Positions 1-13,208 of a DNA stretch of 64,000 bases are shown in pieces. The notes beneath the pieces are model-generated. The model saw only the letters and a list, made by a program, of their open reading frames with translations, was not told the origin of the DNA and ran no database searches. The position numbers and the translations under genes are program-made. The stretch is from positions 434,001 through 498,000 of the forward strand of contig CT868085.1 of assembly GCA_000165425.1 (NCBI GenBank), in the 5' to 3' direction. Within the stretch, counting starts at the first letter, position 1. Each line of letters starts with the position of its first letter. The DNA is from Paramecium tetraurelia (Eukaryota).

Positions 1-1340
1 TTCTTCTTATAATTAATCTTTAATTTTTGCCTCCATTGATGATTTTTCATTTAATTTTTATTTCAACTCTGTTGTTGTTTTATCTAAGTATTCAATATCT
101 CTCGTTTTCTATTATAATTCCTTTCTTAATTCCTATTCTATTTTTACTAATCCTATAATTCTTAATTGATTGTTATCTAACTTATTTGCTTTCTAAATTA
201 GATTCTAATTTGTATCTTTATACGCATCTAATTCCTGTTAGAGTCCATCAATATAAGCTAATTTGTCTTTCAGAGTCTATTAAAGATCATCAATCACTTG
301 TTTTTATTTATTAAGAACTTTTTGATCTGTGTCTATTTAATTTTGGAGCTTAAACTTTTCTTCCTATTCAATTGAGATTTAACCTTAATAAAATGAGTTT
401 TCCTGCTTTAGAGAATTAATGATTTGCATTTAGATGTAGAATTTCTCCTCAAATTAATTAAAATCATGAGTCATCTAAATGATCTGTTCATTTCTTTAGG
501 ATTATTCTAATAATGTCCTTAATCTCAGAGTCTCCTCCTAAAATACATTAATTTCTTTTTCTAATTCTTAAATTTTGGTATATTTAATATCATGTTTCAG
601 ATTTTATATTTCTTCATTCTACTATTTAATCAAAGTTCTTAATTCTTTGATTTGCTTCTTCAATGTTATAGTTAGCAAATTCTATAAGAATTTAATTTAT
701 AATTGATACTTCACTGATTCCCAATTTAGTCATCAAGGCTAAATCCTACTTGTCAGCAACGTATTTTTATTGCAAATATCCTCCCACATTTTACACAACA
801 GTTTACATTCGCTCGGTATTTTTATTTAAAAACCTCATTTTTGCTTTTAGATCATAGTTTTCTTAAGTTAACTTGTTTATAATATCTTTCAAATAGACAG
901 TTTCTGCATATAAATCATCCTAGTCTGATAAATCAATTTATTTACTTTATCCTTAGCCATGTTAATTGGTATTTTTTTGCTCAAGTCTTACACAACGGGT
1001 GAATTTCTAAATGAATAGTTTGAAATAATACTTTACAATCTCTGTATGATTAGTTTTACTTTGCGTAACTGAACTATCATTAATTATATTAGTTTTTCTT
1101 GTAGATAGTGTTCTAAATTTATTAGGAGATGGTTTCAATACAAATTTATCTAAATCATTCTATTCTCCTCCTCCTGGAATTACCATCTTTAAACCATTAG
1201 GAGACACCTTTTCAAGTTTTTTAGTATCATATATAATCCCTGATTAAGGACGACTTCTAATATGACTGAAAGTCTTAGACGCAATCCTTTTGTTAATTAA
1301 TTTCTATACATTATAAAGCCTTTTGGATGTTATATGTTTT
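1..1340 (-). CDS. Coiled-coil hypothetical protein (3' end outside the window; start uncertain)
   Basis: Long code-6 frame (RIASKTFSHIRSRPQSGIIYDTKK...) followed by E/K/Q-rich heptads; start codon not resolved. Confidence 0.6.
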
Positions 1341-1654
1341 ATAAAATAAAAATAAATACTAAAAATTATTCATTTGGCATTCCTCGAAGATATTTTTTAT
1401 GTAGTTAATCAATCTAACCTGTATCCTACTTCTCTCAAAATACGTTAATGGGAATAAATTTTACTTATTTTATAACTCAGGTAGGTTTCAACTCTTATGA
1501 TTCTTAGTATTTTAATCAATCAGATTGTACCATTCTTAAAGCGCTTTGTTTAGAATAATTAATAGAAAAGAAAAAATGTTTTAATTATAATTATAACAAT
1601 TGATGTTTATTAATGTGGCAAAAATTTAATTCATATTTTAAATAAATCTAATTC

Positions 1655-2050
1655 ATGATTATTCTGATTTTGATCCTATTTTTTAAGCTGTAACTATATA
1701 TTTTTGTATTTATTTAGTGTTCAGCATATTCTCTAAACTTTAATAATATTAAATAAATTCTTATATTTAATCGTTGGTTTATATCCTTTAGTAGATAAAT
1801 ATAGAGTGAATCCCATTTTTCAGCATATTAATAGAATTAAAAGAATAATAGTGATCAGAATATAGAAGTTGCTATAAATAATTTCAGGCATATTTATGAA
1901 ATCAATTCAACAATAAATTTTGGGAAAAGTACTCAAATCAGATATTCTTTTTACGACTTTCTGAAATTCATTTATAGTATAAATCTAACCTTGGAGAGAG
2001 GAATAGTAGAGTAGGAAAATCAATTCAATATCATCCCAAGACTTAGATGA
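1655..2050 (+). CDS. Possible small hypothetical protein
   Basis: ATG..TGA frame of 132 codons in code 6 with a hydrophobic N-terminus; no recognisable motif. Confidence 0.25.
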
Positions 2051-2626
2051 AAAATAATAACAATCTGAAAAAAATAATATCATTAAGCAAGGTGGTTAAC
2101 TTTTTCAAGGGAAAATTTAAATTTACAAATATAAGATAGATATTAAAAGTTAAAAATAATTGAAAATTTTAAAAGTTTGTTATTCACTTTTAAATCATAA
2201 GTCCCAGGCTGATATTAGAAATGAAATCAATGGATAATGACGGAAATGAACTTTATGTTTTTTATCAAAAATAAAAATATTTAGTTTTAATTATTATGAT
2301 GTTATTAATACCTATATGATTATAATTGATAAACTTGCAAGATTCTTACTCATTGTACTAAGTTATTGAAAATTAGAAATGTTTAGTGTTTATTATTTGA
2401 GACATGCTTGCAAATGCTACAATCATCATATCCAAGTTTATTACTAATGATGACCTTTATAAAATAATAGAGATGTTATTTATTAAATTTAATGGTTTTT
2501 AGTTAATACGCATTTAATTATAGAAAGAGTTCAAATTCAAGATTTGATAATTAATTGAGTCAATCATCATAAGTGCTGAATTTTGAATATCTTTGAACCT
2601 ATAAAATTTATTTTTTTAATCTAGCT

Positions 2627-3079
2627 ATGGATTAAAGCGCATTCTTATACGATAATTTACCCCAACCTTTAGAGAATAATGACCTGAATTCAGAAGAATG
2701 TCATCGATACCTATCTAAATTGAATTTAAATAAAACCTTATTTAGAATTCATAGTCCTGAACCTTCCATTCAAGATGACTTCTTCTAAAATGAAATTGAC
2801 TAATCTTTTGATGTAGATTGCATGTATGTAAATGATAAGAATAAATGTGATTCTGATTCTGATGAAGACATTTAATCTTCTAAAAAGATTTAAAAAGCCA
2901 GAAAGTTAAAGAAGAAGAGTCAACACAGAAGAGGACCTCTCTCTGAGAAGGAATTTATAGATATAATCAAAAAATTGGAATAGTGCCAGTAAGTTATGAA
3001 TATGATTGACAATATGACCCAGATATTAAAAGGATTTAAGCACTAGTTATAGAAACAAAGCACTCCAAGTCTTAACTGA
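2627..3079 (+). CDS. Hypothetical protein, 150 aa, acidic then basic (possibly nuclear)
   Basis: Uninterrupted code-6 ORF MDQSAFLYDNLPQP...DSDSDEDIQSSKKIQKARKLKKK...STPSLN*. Confidence 0.7.
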
Positions 3080-3196
3080 GATAAGTGGATTATTTTGTTT
3101 CAATATTTTATATATAATTTGCTGTTGAACAGTTTATTCACTTATGAAAATTAAAGTGATTATTAATTTAAAATTATAAATGATAAAAAAAATATG

Positions 3197-5432
3197 TCAA
3201 ATGAGCATGAAAATTAAACTTACTACAATGTATGTTAGAATTGACACAATTAGCAGATTCACAGGCGAAGCTAACTTTCTAGGCCATTAGGTTGATGGAT
3301 AATCACTCTTTTCTAAACCTCGAATTTTATCTAGTCCTAAGCTTAAATACCACATAATCACTAAGAAGTAATAAAACTCATAATCTCTCAAAGGTGCTTT
3401 CCATTCATTAATTTAACTAATATTTTATTAATAATAATTACATTTTCGTTCTAGATAACCTTCCAGTACTTTTGGAGGGACTTTAATTTCTTATGGGCAT
3501 TACTTTTATAGTGGAGATTGGAATGTTAAATTGTTAACCTAAAAAAAACACAATTTTATCATTTTTAATCTTCTTTTGCTGCTAGAATTGCATCAATTGA
3601 ATAATGATTTGTTGAATCAATTTCTCAATATTCTCACATTATTTTATCAAAAAATCTTCCTCTTTGTTGTCTTAGATGTATATATCACAGAAGTTCTTGA
3701 CTTCAGAGAATGCAGGAATTTGGTAAGGCTAATTTTTCTAGAACTTCAATAAATCACAAAAGAAGGAATTCTAATCCTAAGAATATATAAATGTAAATAA
3801 ATGCATTATTCCTTGATATTCTGATTCACTAATGTAGTTTAAATTATTGATGGATTTAAAAATAGTAATTAATAGTTTAGTAAAGAATGGGTAATATACC
3901 CTTAGAAGATTTTTCATATGATTTTTATGTTAATCTAATTCTCTAAAATGAAAATCTAATTAATATTGATGTCCATTAAATTTAGTATCCATGCATTGAA
4001 ATAAATTTGAAGGTCTAAATTCTTTAAACAGTATCGCTTAAGGAGATTAACCAAATTTGTTTTTACATATTTAATATATAGGTTGCAATTCACTTAAGAT
4101 AAATCGAGTAATTGGATTATTACTTTTGAATTAAAAATTTTATTGTTTAGTAAGATAATTTAATATAGTATTTTGTGATATTAGGCAAGATATAAGGGCT
4201 TAATCAAATATCAAAACCTAATTATATATTTAATTTTCATAGACTGCAAATTATTATCTAAGAAATAAAACATATGTGGATAAATGGGAAAGTAATGAAA
4301 TTTGATTGCATTATCTTTCAGTGTGATAGATCTCAAAGGCATTCTATAAAAATTTATATAATCCTTATTAGTATGTGATTAACTGTTTTTGTCTTCCGCA
4401 TTCATAAAAGAATCCCCTGTTTTAATAGAATATTTAGCTTTGTTTATTGAAGATATCAGTATTCCTTACAAAATGTTTAAATTATGTATATGTGGCTTCT
4501 AAGTCTTATCCAAATCTATTATTAAAGAATATAGTTAGATATATTAACATCATTTGAGTATCTAATATAACACTACTTGGTTTGATTTTATAAAATAACT
4601 TTTATTATTCAGTTGTTAGATTTAAATCAATTAATTTTGATACATATAAATGTTCATACATAGAATATTCTTATAATAAGATTATCATTTATTGAAATGT
4701 GAAAATAGTAACTTACTTATTTTAATTATTTTAAAGAGGATTATTTGGTTTGATCTACGCAACCATATATTCAATGATTCTTCTAACCAAGATTAAGTAA
4801 GGATTAAAAGTTAGTTATTTTAATAAAAAGTCTTTGGTACTACTTTTATTTTTGCACTTACTAAATGCACAATCTAGAATTTTTTAGCTGTTTTCTGTAG
4901 TATGTAATGCGCTTTCTTTAAAATTTACAGCTCCATTTAATAAATAAATCCAAAACATCATTTTAGCGCTAACACAGAATTTAAGTTGATTTTTTTCTAC
5001 TAAAATGTTGTCCTAAAATATTTCTTAGAAAGTTTAAAATTATGAATTCATGTTAACAATAGAAGAATCCTTAAAATATAATTGTAAATGAGCAGGTAAA
5101 ATATCAATTTGAACTGGATTAAAGGGATATTCAGAGGGTAATGAGTGATAGAATGATGATTCATTAGGAGAGAGGATATTAAGAATTTTAATAAAAAATA
5201 GAGTATCCTCTATAGATCCAAATCTCATTTAGGTTGTTCTAAAACTACTATTCAATATGCCATCTTATTTGAAAATTAGTTCATACACCAAATGTTAATT
5301 TTTCAAAAACTCTTAACTATAGGAATATTCTTTCTATTTAATTAGTTCAAAGCTTAGATTCTGTAACCAATTCAAAAACTCATTTCCATTAGCTTTTTGC
5401 GCGTATTTCAAATCATCTTCAAATTTGTTCAT
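3197..5432 (-). CDS. Tail-anchored membrane protein, weakly SMPD4 (neutral sphingomyelinase 3)-like
   Basis: Long code-6 frame from MNKFEDDLKY; C-terminal WKAPLRDYEFYYFLVIMWYLS and a terminal hydrophobic helix (LLIVSILTYIVVSLIFMLI*); tiny intron near 3414-3438. Confidence 0.55.
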
Positions 5433-5664
5433 AAATTATTTTATATATAATAAAAGTCATATTTAAAGCTATCAAATTTATTTGATTAATTGGACAAATT
5501 TCTAGATGTTTAATTTAATTGATAACTACTCACACGAGAAACTAAAATAAAAGACAACTAAATAACCTAGAAATTTTGGTAAGTGAAAAAATGCATTAAT
5601 AATTTGTGTCTAATTACAATTTGTTATAAAAAAATTATTAATAAAATATAATAAAACCTTTGTA

Positions 5665-7219
5665 ATGAAAAGATCTAAATTGTAGTCCTCAGACATCTTA
5701 GATTGGTATAAGAAGAGGTAAATTGTGCATTCGAAATAGATTTCCTCAAAATGTAAAGCCAAATTATTTGTATTTGCCTGAAGAAATCAAATAATAAGTG
5801 AGAGCATAAGTTATATTTGAGAATTTGGATAAGAAGAAAGAAAGTATTGTAAATTAGAAAGTATTAATAGATAAATTAGCAATTGATAAATTATATGATA
5901 TTTGTGTGAAGAGTGGAATGAGCATTAATAGAAATTAAGTGAGAATGCTTTTTGAAAAGATTGATGAAGATAAGAGCAGTATAAAAGTATTATTAAAATA
6001 GAATGGATTGATTTGGAGGAATTTCAAAAATCAGTTCTTGATTAAGAAGTAGGAGAATGTAAATTTTAATTGAATATATAGAATTCACATAGGTTGCTAT
6101 GAAAGTGAGAAAGAACCTAGATGAAGGATATCTACCAATATATTATAAGAGTCTAATATCGCATTTAAGTTTTGTGTCTAATAGAGAAGAACTGATACAG
6201 TAGATAAATGATCAGAGTAGAAACAAAATAGAGAGATTCGAGAGGATTAAGGAAATAATGAAATTACCATATGATGACATAGAAAATGACAATAACCTAT
6301 AAGTTTAATAAGCAAGGAGGAAGTTGAGTGAATTAAAATAAGATTATGAAGGAGTTTAAAAGGTTGATGCAGAAACATAAGGTTTTATTACATCGATGAA
6401 TCAGAGATTAGAAGATACCAAGAAGAAAGGAGATGATGATTCAATATTGCTAAAAAAGCGAATGAAAAGAAAATCCTTACCTCACAATAGTTCCTTGATG
6501 TCTTTACCGAAAATAGATCAAAACCCTATAAAATGGCATAAGAATTTAAGTTTGATTGATAATCAAGTTCGTTAAAAGATCTTTGGTGAAGTGTAAAGTA
6601 AGAATAACAAAATAAATCAATTGCTCTCTCCAAGAAGCAAAAAGCACAAGGATTTAGCATAATTAAAAATTCAATAATCAAAATTTATAAAAAAAGCAAA
6701 AAAATAATTCGATATTCAATTTGATCCCACCAATGAGAATCAATAATCAATTGATTATACTGGTGGCAGAAGTTTCGAAGAAGGTATATTAAGTTTATTC
6801 CAATAATAACAATAACAAGGTGGTTTGTGTAACTTCACTAATATCTCGACAATAAAGAATGATAAGAATGACAGAGATGAAATTTTGGATTAATCTGGAG
6901 ATCATCTGCCAAAATCTATTTTGAGGAAAATTTAGTAATATAAAAATGTCACAAGAGATTCTACTTAAATCTTGTTAGACAAGTCAATCTTATCCAGTTA
7001 ATAATCGAAGCAATCTGGAAAATTGACTCCAATTTACTACCAAAGAATGATTCATCAAACTCATACAAATACGGATTCTCTAAACTCAAATGATATGCCT
7101 ACTCATCCCAAAAGAAGAACATATTCATAACAAGATTTAAAATATTAAACTGTATTATATTTAATTATATTATTTAGCCTCATTTTAAACAATCAGAATT
7201 TCAACTTCCGTATTTATGA
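5665..7219 (+). CDS. EF-hand-containing protein
   Basis: IFENLDKKKE... and LFEKIDEDKS..IDLEEF EF-hand-like pair; several tiny GT..AG introns; low-complexity C-terminus. Confidence 0.65.
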
Positions 7220-7311
7220 AATTATTTAATGATTATTATACATTAAATTTTGTTTTGATTGTTACAACTTTAATCAGTGAATATTTTTTTCAATTAATTT
7301 AATATAATTTT

Positions 7312-8282
7312 ATGGGGTTTTAGTGTTCTAAATGCTAAATTAATAATGAGAATGAACTCATACATGCAAACAATGTAGTTACAGAACATAAGCATTGGAT
7401 CTATATGGAAAATCTTGATGATAGTTTTGAAAGAGATCCAAGTATAATAAAATCAGTATATTATCGTTTTAGATTATCCACCTTCTACTACATTAAACAA
7501 GACTTTGGAAGAAAAAACCATTCAATTTTCTAAACCTTAAAAAGAAAGCCAACATACAACTATGCCATCAGAAAGCTACAAATCCGAGGAGTTATAAATA
7601 GACGAGGATTCCAAATTTTTCGGATAAATCAAAGATGGTTAAGCTAATGGAAGTGGAAAATTATGGTTAAAAAACGGGGATTATTATGAAGGTGATTTCT
7701 TGAATAATTATATGCACGGTAAAGGTATATATAACTATAAAAATGGACCGATTTTCGAAGGTCAATTTTTATATAATAAACCAGATGGATTTGGTATTGA
7801 GTCTTGGCCAGATGGTTCTGTATATGAAGGGTGCTTTAAAGAAGGCAAAAAGAGTGGGAGAGGATGTTATAAATGGTATTAAGGGTGTGTTTATATTGGC
7901 GAATGGAAAAATAATAAAATTCATGGCAATGGAAGATACGATTGGCCTGATGGAAGGGTATGTTGATAGATAATAATTCCAGTCTTACTCCGGGAGTTGG
8001 GTCAACAATTAAATGCATGGTAGAGGGAAGTACATTTGGTAGGATGGTAAATGCTATGATGGTGAATATTAAAATGATCGTAAACAAGGATTCGGAATAT
8101 TTTATTGGCCAGATTGCAAACAATATTAAGGTTAATGGAAAGACGGAAAACAACATGGAAAGGGTATAATGTTGTATCCAGATGGAAAAAAAAGGGCTGG
8201 ACAATGGGAAAACGGGAAACTGATTAAATACACTGAAGACGATAATATTCAAATAATACCAGAAAACTGGTTACAATAGTGA
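7312..8282 (+). CDS. MORN-repeat protein with N-terminal acylation-like motif
   Basis: MGFQCSKC start; repeated YEGxFxxxxxHGxGxYxWPDG units; tiny introns near 7447 and 7958. Confidence 0.9.
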
Positions 8283-8417
8283 TTATAATAACTTTTTAAA
8301 TATTTATATAAATTTTGGAATTAGTTGTGAATTGATATAGTTAGATAGCTTAAGATAATGTCTGATTAATATATAAATTATGATTCAAGTATGTTAAAAA
8401 TATATATGTTTAATAAA

Positions 8418-10531
8418 TCATTAGTTGAGCATTTAACCACCGAATTGAGGCAAATTTTAGGAAATGCCAGTTGATATAGGTTATTGGATAACTGTTTGTT
8501 GCACCTCTGTAGGAATAACATGATGTTTAATAACCACTCCTTTTCTAGCTTCGATGATTTTGCTTTCATATTTTGATTTTAACTCCTTTAAGTATCTCCT
8601 AAATTGTTCTTATTATTGGTTGTTGAAAGATCTACCATCTTCTACCATATATTCTAGTTCTTCGATATCAAATCTGAGTTTATCAGAGATTCTTCTCTCT
8701 TTAATAATTTCATTCTCCAATTTATTAGCTCTATCTTCCCAAATGCCAATGATTCTTTGCAATTCTCTGTTTTCAATATTCAACATTTCCAATTCTGCAT
8801 CATCCCTTACATATCTCTCAACAAATCTATCCACAGGAACTTCTACTATTTTTTCAACTGGCACTTCAACTATCTTCTCAACTGGAACTTCAACTATTTT
8901 TTCATATGGAACTTCTACAATTCTTTCATAAGGAACTTCCACTCTCCTTTCTACAGGCACTTCTACATATCTATCTACAGGCCTGTCTATATATCTGTCC
9001 ATATATCTATCTCTAGGCACCTCCACTATTCGTTCATAAGGCACTTCGACCACTCTTTCATAAGGATAAGGCACTTCATATGGCACAGGTACTTCTACAA
9101 CTCTGTCAACAGGAACTTCAACTATTCTCTCAACAGGCACTTCGACTCTCCTCTCTACTATTCTATCCACAGGCACTTCAATATAAACAGGAATTTCCTT
9201 TATGACCTCATAGGGCACTTCTTTGATGACTTCTTTAATCACCTCATATGGCACTTCCTTGATCACTTCTCTGACAACTTCATAAGGAACTTCTTTAATC
9301 ACTTCATAAGGAACATCTCTATAATAAGGGACCTCGTAAGGAACTTCAATTCTTTAAACTACAGGCACTTCAATAGTTTGCAATTTGGGAACTTCAATAT
9401 ACTAAGGAACTTGTTGATAAACATATTCAATTTTTGGAATTTCAATAATCTTTTCCACAATTTTAGGTTCTGATGGCACTTCTTTAATCACTTCCTTAAT
9501 GATTTCAACTGGTTTCACTTCTTACACTTGGTGAGGTTGGTTGACATGGACTGTTTTTATTACTTCTACAGGTTTCTCTACAATCTTTTCAACCACTCTT
9601 TCTTAAATCTCAATTTGCTTCTTCTTCTTCTTCTTTCTCAACCTCTCGACTTCATCCTCCAATTGCTTTACATACCCATTTTATCTTTCTAATTAGACTG
9701 TTAAGTCAAATACTCTTAAATTATTATAGCAAAATACTTTTTATCAGCCACCTTGAGTAGTGATTCTAATTCCCCTATTCTATCAAACATTTCTTGATTT
9801 TCTCTCTCCAACTACTGCTTTATTATTAAGGCTTCATCCCTTTATCTACCTACTTCATAAAGTTCCTTCTCAAGAGATTTAATCTTTTTACACATCTTCT
9901 TCAAGCACTTCTTGTTGTCTTCCAAATATAACTCTATCTCTGAGTTGCTTTATTATTTTGGCTATTATTCCATTTATTTTATGATTCTTTCCATCTCTTA
10001 AATTTCTCTTTTTATTGTATCTATTTCTGGATCTTACACATGCTATTACGGTCTTTATCTTTTTGGAGTTTCAGCTATTGTCGACACTATTACTTCTTCT
10101 TTGCTTTCTTTCAACTTCTTATTCTTTTTTTTCAACTTCTTTATCTCTTTTTCCAAATGTCTTTAATCACTCCCTCCCTAAACCACGTAAGCCTGAGGTG
10201 AGCACATTTGTTATTGTTAAAAACCAAATTATGGTTAACAGACAGATTAACACATTGGTTGACACATTGGCTAACATGGTTAGCAATAACTTGGAGCACA
10301 TGAATGTCCAGGACTTCTTGTTACTGTAGCCACGGATTCATTCAATTAATCTGACACCCTTGAAGATGTTAACTTTTATGCTTGATTATTAAAAGATGTT
10401 CTCAACTCTTGAATAGCTGACGTCACTTTGGTTAATTTACTTGACCCTGTACTAGTAGTATTTGTATTTACAGGCTATAAAATTTTATGGCCTTCATTGA
10501 ATCTCACAGATTTTGAAGACTAGTTATTCAT
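8418..10531 (-). CDS. Alveolin/articulin-like cortical cytoskeletal protein (VPV/EKIVEVP repeats) with coiled coils
   Basis: EVPYEVIKEV and EKIVEVPV repeats; code-6 frame from MNNQSSKSVRF to ...GGQMLNQ*; one tiny intron near 9715-9738. Confidence 0.85.
8820..9600 (-). repeat. Coding tandem repeats (EVPYEVIKEV / EKIVEVPV)
   Basis: Repeated ggcacttc/ggaacttc units at about 24-bp periodicity inside the alveolin-like CDS. Confidence 0.85.
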
Positions 10532-10791
10532 TATTTAAATTAATAACTGATAATGTATTAAAATATTTTATAAATAAAAATTATTTTTTTTTATCAAATC
10601 AATAGAAATATTTAAGATTTGTTTGTTAAAGGAGTGTCATCTCTATAGAGATATTTAAGAATTCATAAACTTTAGAAAAAAAATAATTTTCTTAGGATTT
10701 ATGCATTCAATTATAGATAATTAATTATAGAAATATTAATTTATGTGTATTTATAATTTTTGATACTTATGATATAATAATCACAATCCTC

Positions 10792-13074
10792 TCATTGCTT
10801 CTTTTCCTCTTCGAAGGTTGGGAAATCAGTGTATCCCTTTTCATCTCCTCCAAAATAAGTCTTGAAGTCAAAATTAGTATTGAGTTAGAAACCATTTCTT
10901 ACTCTGTATACTAGATCTGGATTGTTTATATATAATTGTCCAAAGGAAACTGCATCGTACAAGCCATCTTTGATATCCTGATTAGCTCTTTCAGGAGTAA
11001 TAGAATGGTTTGCAAACAATATTCCTTTGTAATGTGGTCTCAATGATTTGTAAAGGTTTTGAATCTGCTTATCAGAAGCTGGATAGCCATGTCCATCAGC
11101 ATTTTCTTAGCTCTTGTCTTCGACCAAAGTGACATAAGCCAAATTGAGTTTGGATAATTGTTGTAACAGATAGGTGTACAGTTGAATTGGATTGCTATCA
11201 TTCATGTCTCCCGTGTGACCAATAGGTGTTAGTTTGATACTAACTCTTCCTGGGAAGATGGTGTTCAACTTTTGTATAAGTTGAATTACAAATTTGCATC
11301 TATTTTCAACACTTCCTCCCCATTGATCTGTTCTTTTATTAGCACTATCTCTAAGGAATTGATCAGGAAGATGTCCATTACCACCATTGATTTCTACTCC
11401 ATCGAATCCAGCAGTCTTAGCTCTTTTAGCAGCATCTACAAATTCTTGTAATGTAAATTGAATTTCAGCTTCAGTCATCTCGTGTGGTTTTTCAAATGGT
11501 TTGTTTTAAGCACTATAGCAATTTCCTCTGATTGCAATGGCAGATGGTGCCCATGGTTCTAATCCATTCTACAATGAGGAATGAGTTTTTCTTCCTCCAT
11601 GAAATAGTTGCAAGAACAATCTACCTCCCTTATCATGTACAGCTTTTGTTACTAAAGCCCAGCCTTTAGCTTGATCATCATTATAAATGCAAGGTGATCC
11701 TGGATATGACATGGATCTTTGACTTACTGGAGTGGCTTCACAAACAATTAGCCCAGCTGTTGCTCTCTAAGCATAATATTTAACATTTAATTCAGTTGGA
11801 ATGTATGGAGCAGGAGTTCTGACTCTATCCATTGGAGACATGGTGATTCTATTTGGTAAAAACAAGTCATTGATCTTCAATGGGTTCATCAGTTCAGTTA
11901 GGATATTAGATGGCACTTGATATTTAGGGTAGTCAGTGTATCCCTTTTAATCTCCATAGAAAGCAGTTCCCCAATCAATACTTCTGTTTAATTAATAGCC
12001 ATTTCTAGCTCTATCAACAAGATCTGGGTTGGATATGAAAAGTTGACCAAAGGCAACAAAGTCGAATTTACCTGTTCTGATTCCTTCATCAGCTTCCTCT
12101 AAGGTGATTCCTCCATTAGCCACTATAGCTCCAGTGAAATAGTTTCTGAATGCTGAATAGACACAAGGTATTTGTTTCTTTGATGCTGGATATCCGAAGT
12201 CTTAGAAGTTTTCTGGATCACTTTCATTCTTTAGTACAACATAGGCAATTTTGAGATTGCTCAAAGCTCTCAACAAAGTTTAATATAACTCCAAAGGATT
12301 TGAATCATTCATATCACCATGATGTGTAACTGGAGTTAGTTTGACTCCAACTCTACCAGCTCCAAAGACATCAACTAATTATTAAACAACTTCTAATAAG
12401 AATTTGCATCTATTTTAAGCACTTCCTCCATAAGAATCAGTTCTTTTATTAGCACTATCTCTCAAGAATTAATCTGGTAAATGTCCATGTCCTGCATTCA
12501 ACTCTACTCCATCAAATCCAGCTTTCCTTGCTCTTTCAGCTGCCTCTTTGTATTACTTCACCACTAAATTAATATCTTAAATTGTCATTTCTTAAGGAAC
12601 TTCGAAGTCCTTCTTAACAATTTGATTCTAGCCTCTAATTCTGACGGCTGATGGTGCCAAAGGAGTTTAGCCATTTTATAAGCTAGAATGAGTCTATCTA
12701 CCACAATGAAGTAATTGGATGAAGATATTTCCCTTTACGGAATGTACCTTGTCTACAACCTTTTTCCATCCTTCAGTATGTGCATCATTGAATATTCCTG
12801 GTGCTCCACCATAAGCCAATGAACGATCACTTATTGAGGCTGATTCTGTTACTGTAAATCCACCAGCTGCTCTTTGGGCATAGTATTCGGCATGGTGATT
12901 TGTAGGGACTAAGTCTTGACCACATCTGCCTCTTGTCATGGCAGATAGAGTAATTCTGTTCTTGCACTCCAATCCAGGGGACACCACTGTTGTAGAAAAG
13001 CAGCCTGTTCTTTCGATCAGACCTAATTTGTAAGGTTAGAATAAGGCCTAATAAGGTGTATTTGATTTCTCCAT
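10792..13074 (-). CDS. Tandem two-domain Old Yellow Enzyme (NADH:flavin oxidoreductase/OPR family), 760 aa, intronless
   Basis: One TGA-free frame of 2283 nt; two complete OYE barrels (NRI..MTR/MDR, YYAQRA, QLxHxGR, AGFDGVE, NKRTDxxGGS, NPDLV, GYTDxP) joined by KYQVPSNILTE. Confidence 0.93.
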
Positions 13075-13208
13075 TTTTTCTTAATTAATTGATTACTTTC
13101 ATTTCCAAATTCCTAAAATACCCAAAAATACTGCGTACTATTTTTAGAAAAATTTAAAAAAATTTCACAAACATGATTTAAATTTATTATTATAAATAAT
13201 TATTTATA

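Noticed and set aside
2446..2579. C/D-box snoRNA (atgatga ... ctga)
   Set aside because: Such boxes arise by chance in very AT-rich DNA; no terminal stem or guide complementarity recognised
8554..9473. Plus-strand ORFs 8554-8931 and 8757-9473 from the track
   Set aside because: Antisense shadows of the repetitive alveolin-like CDS
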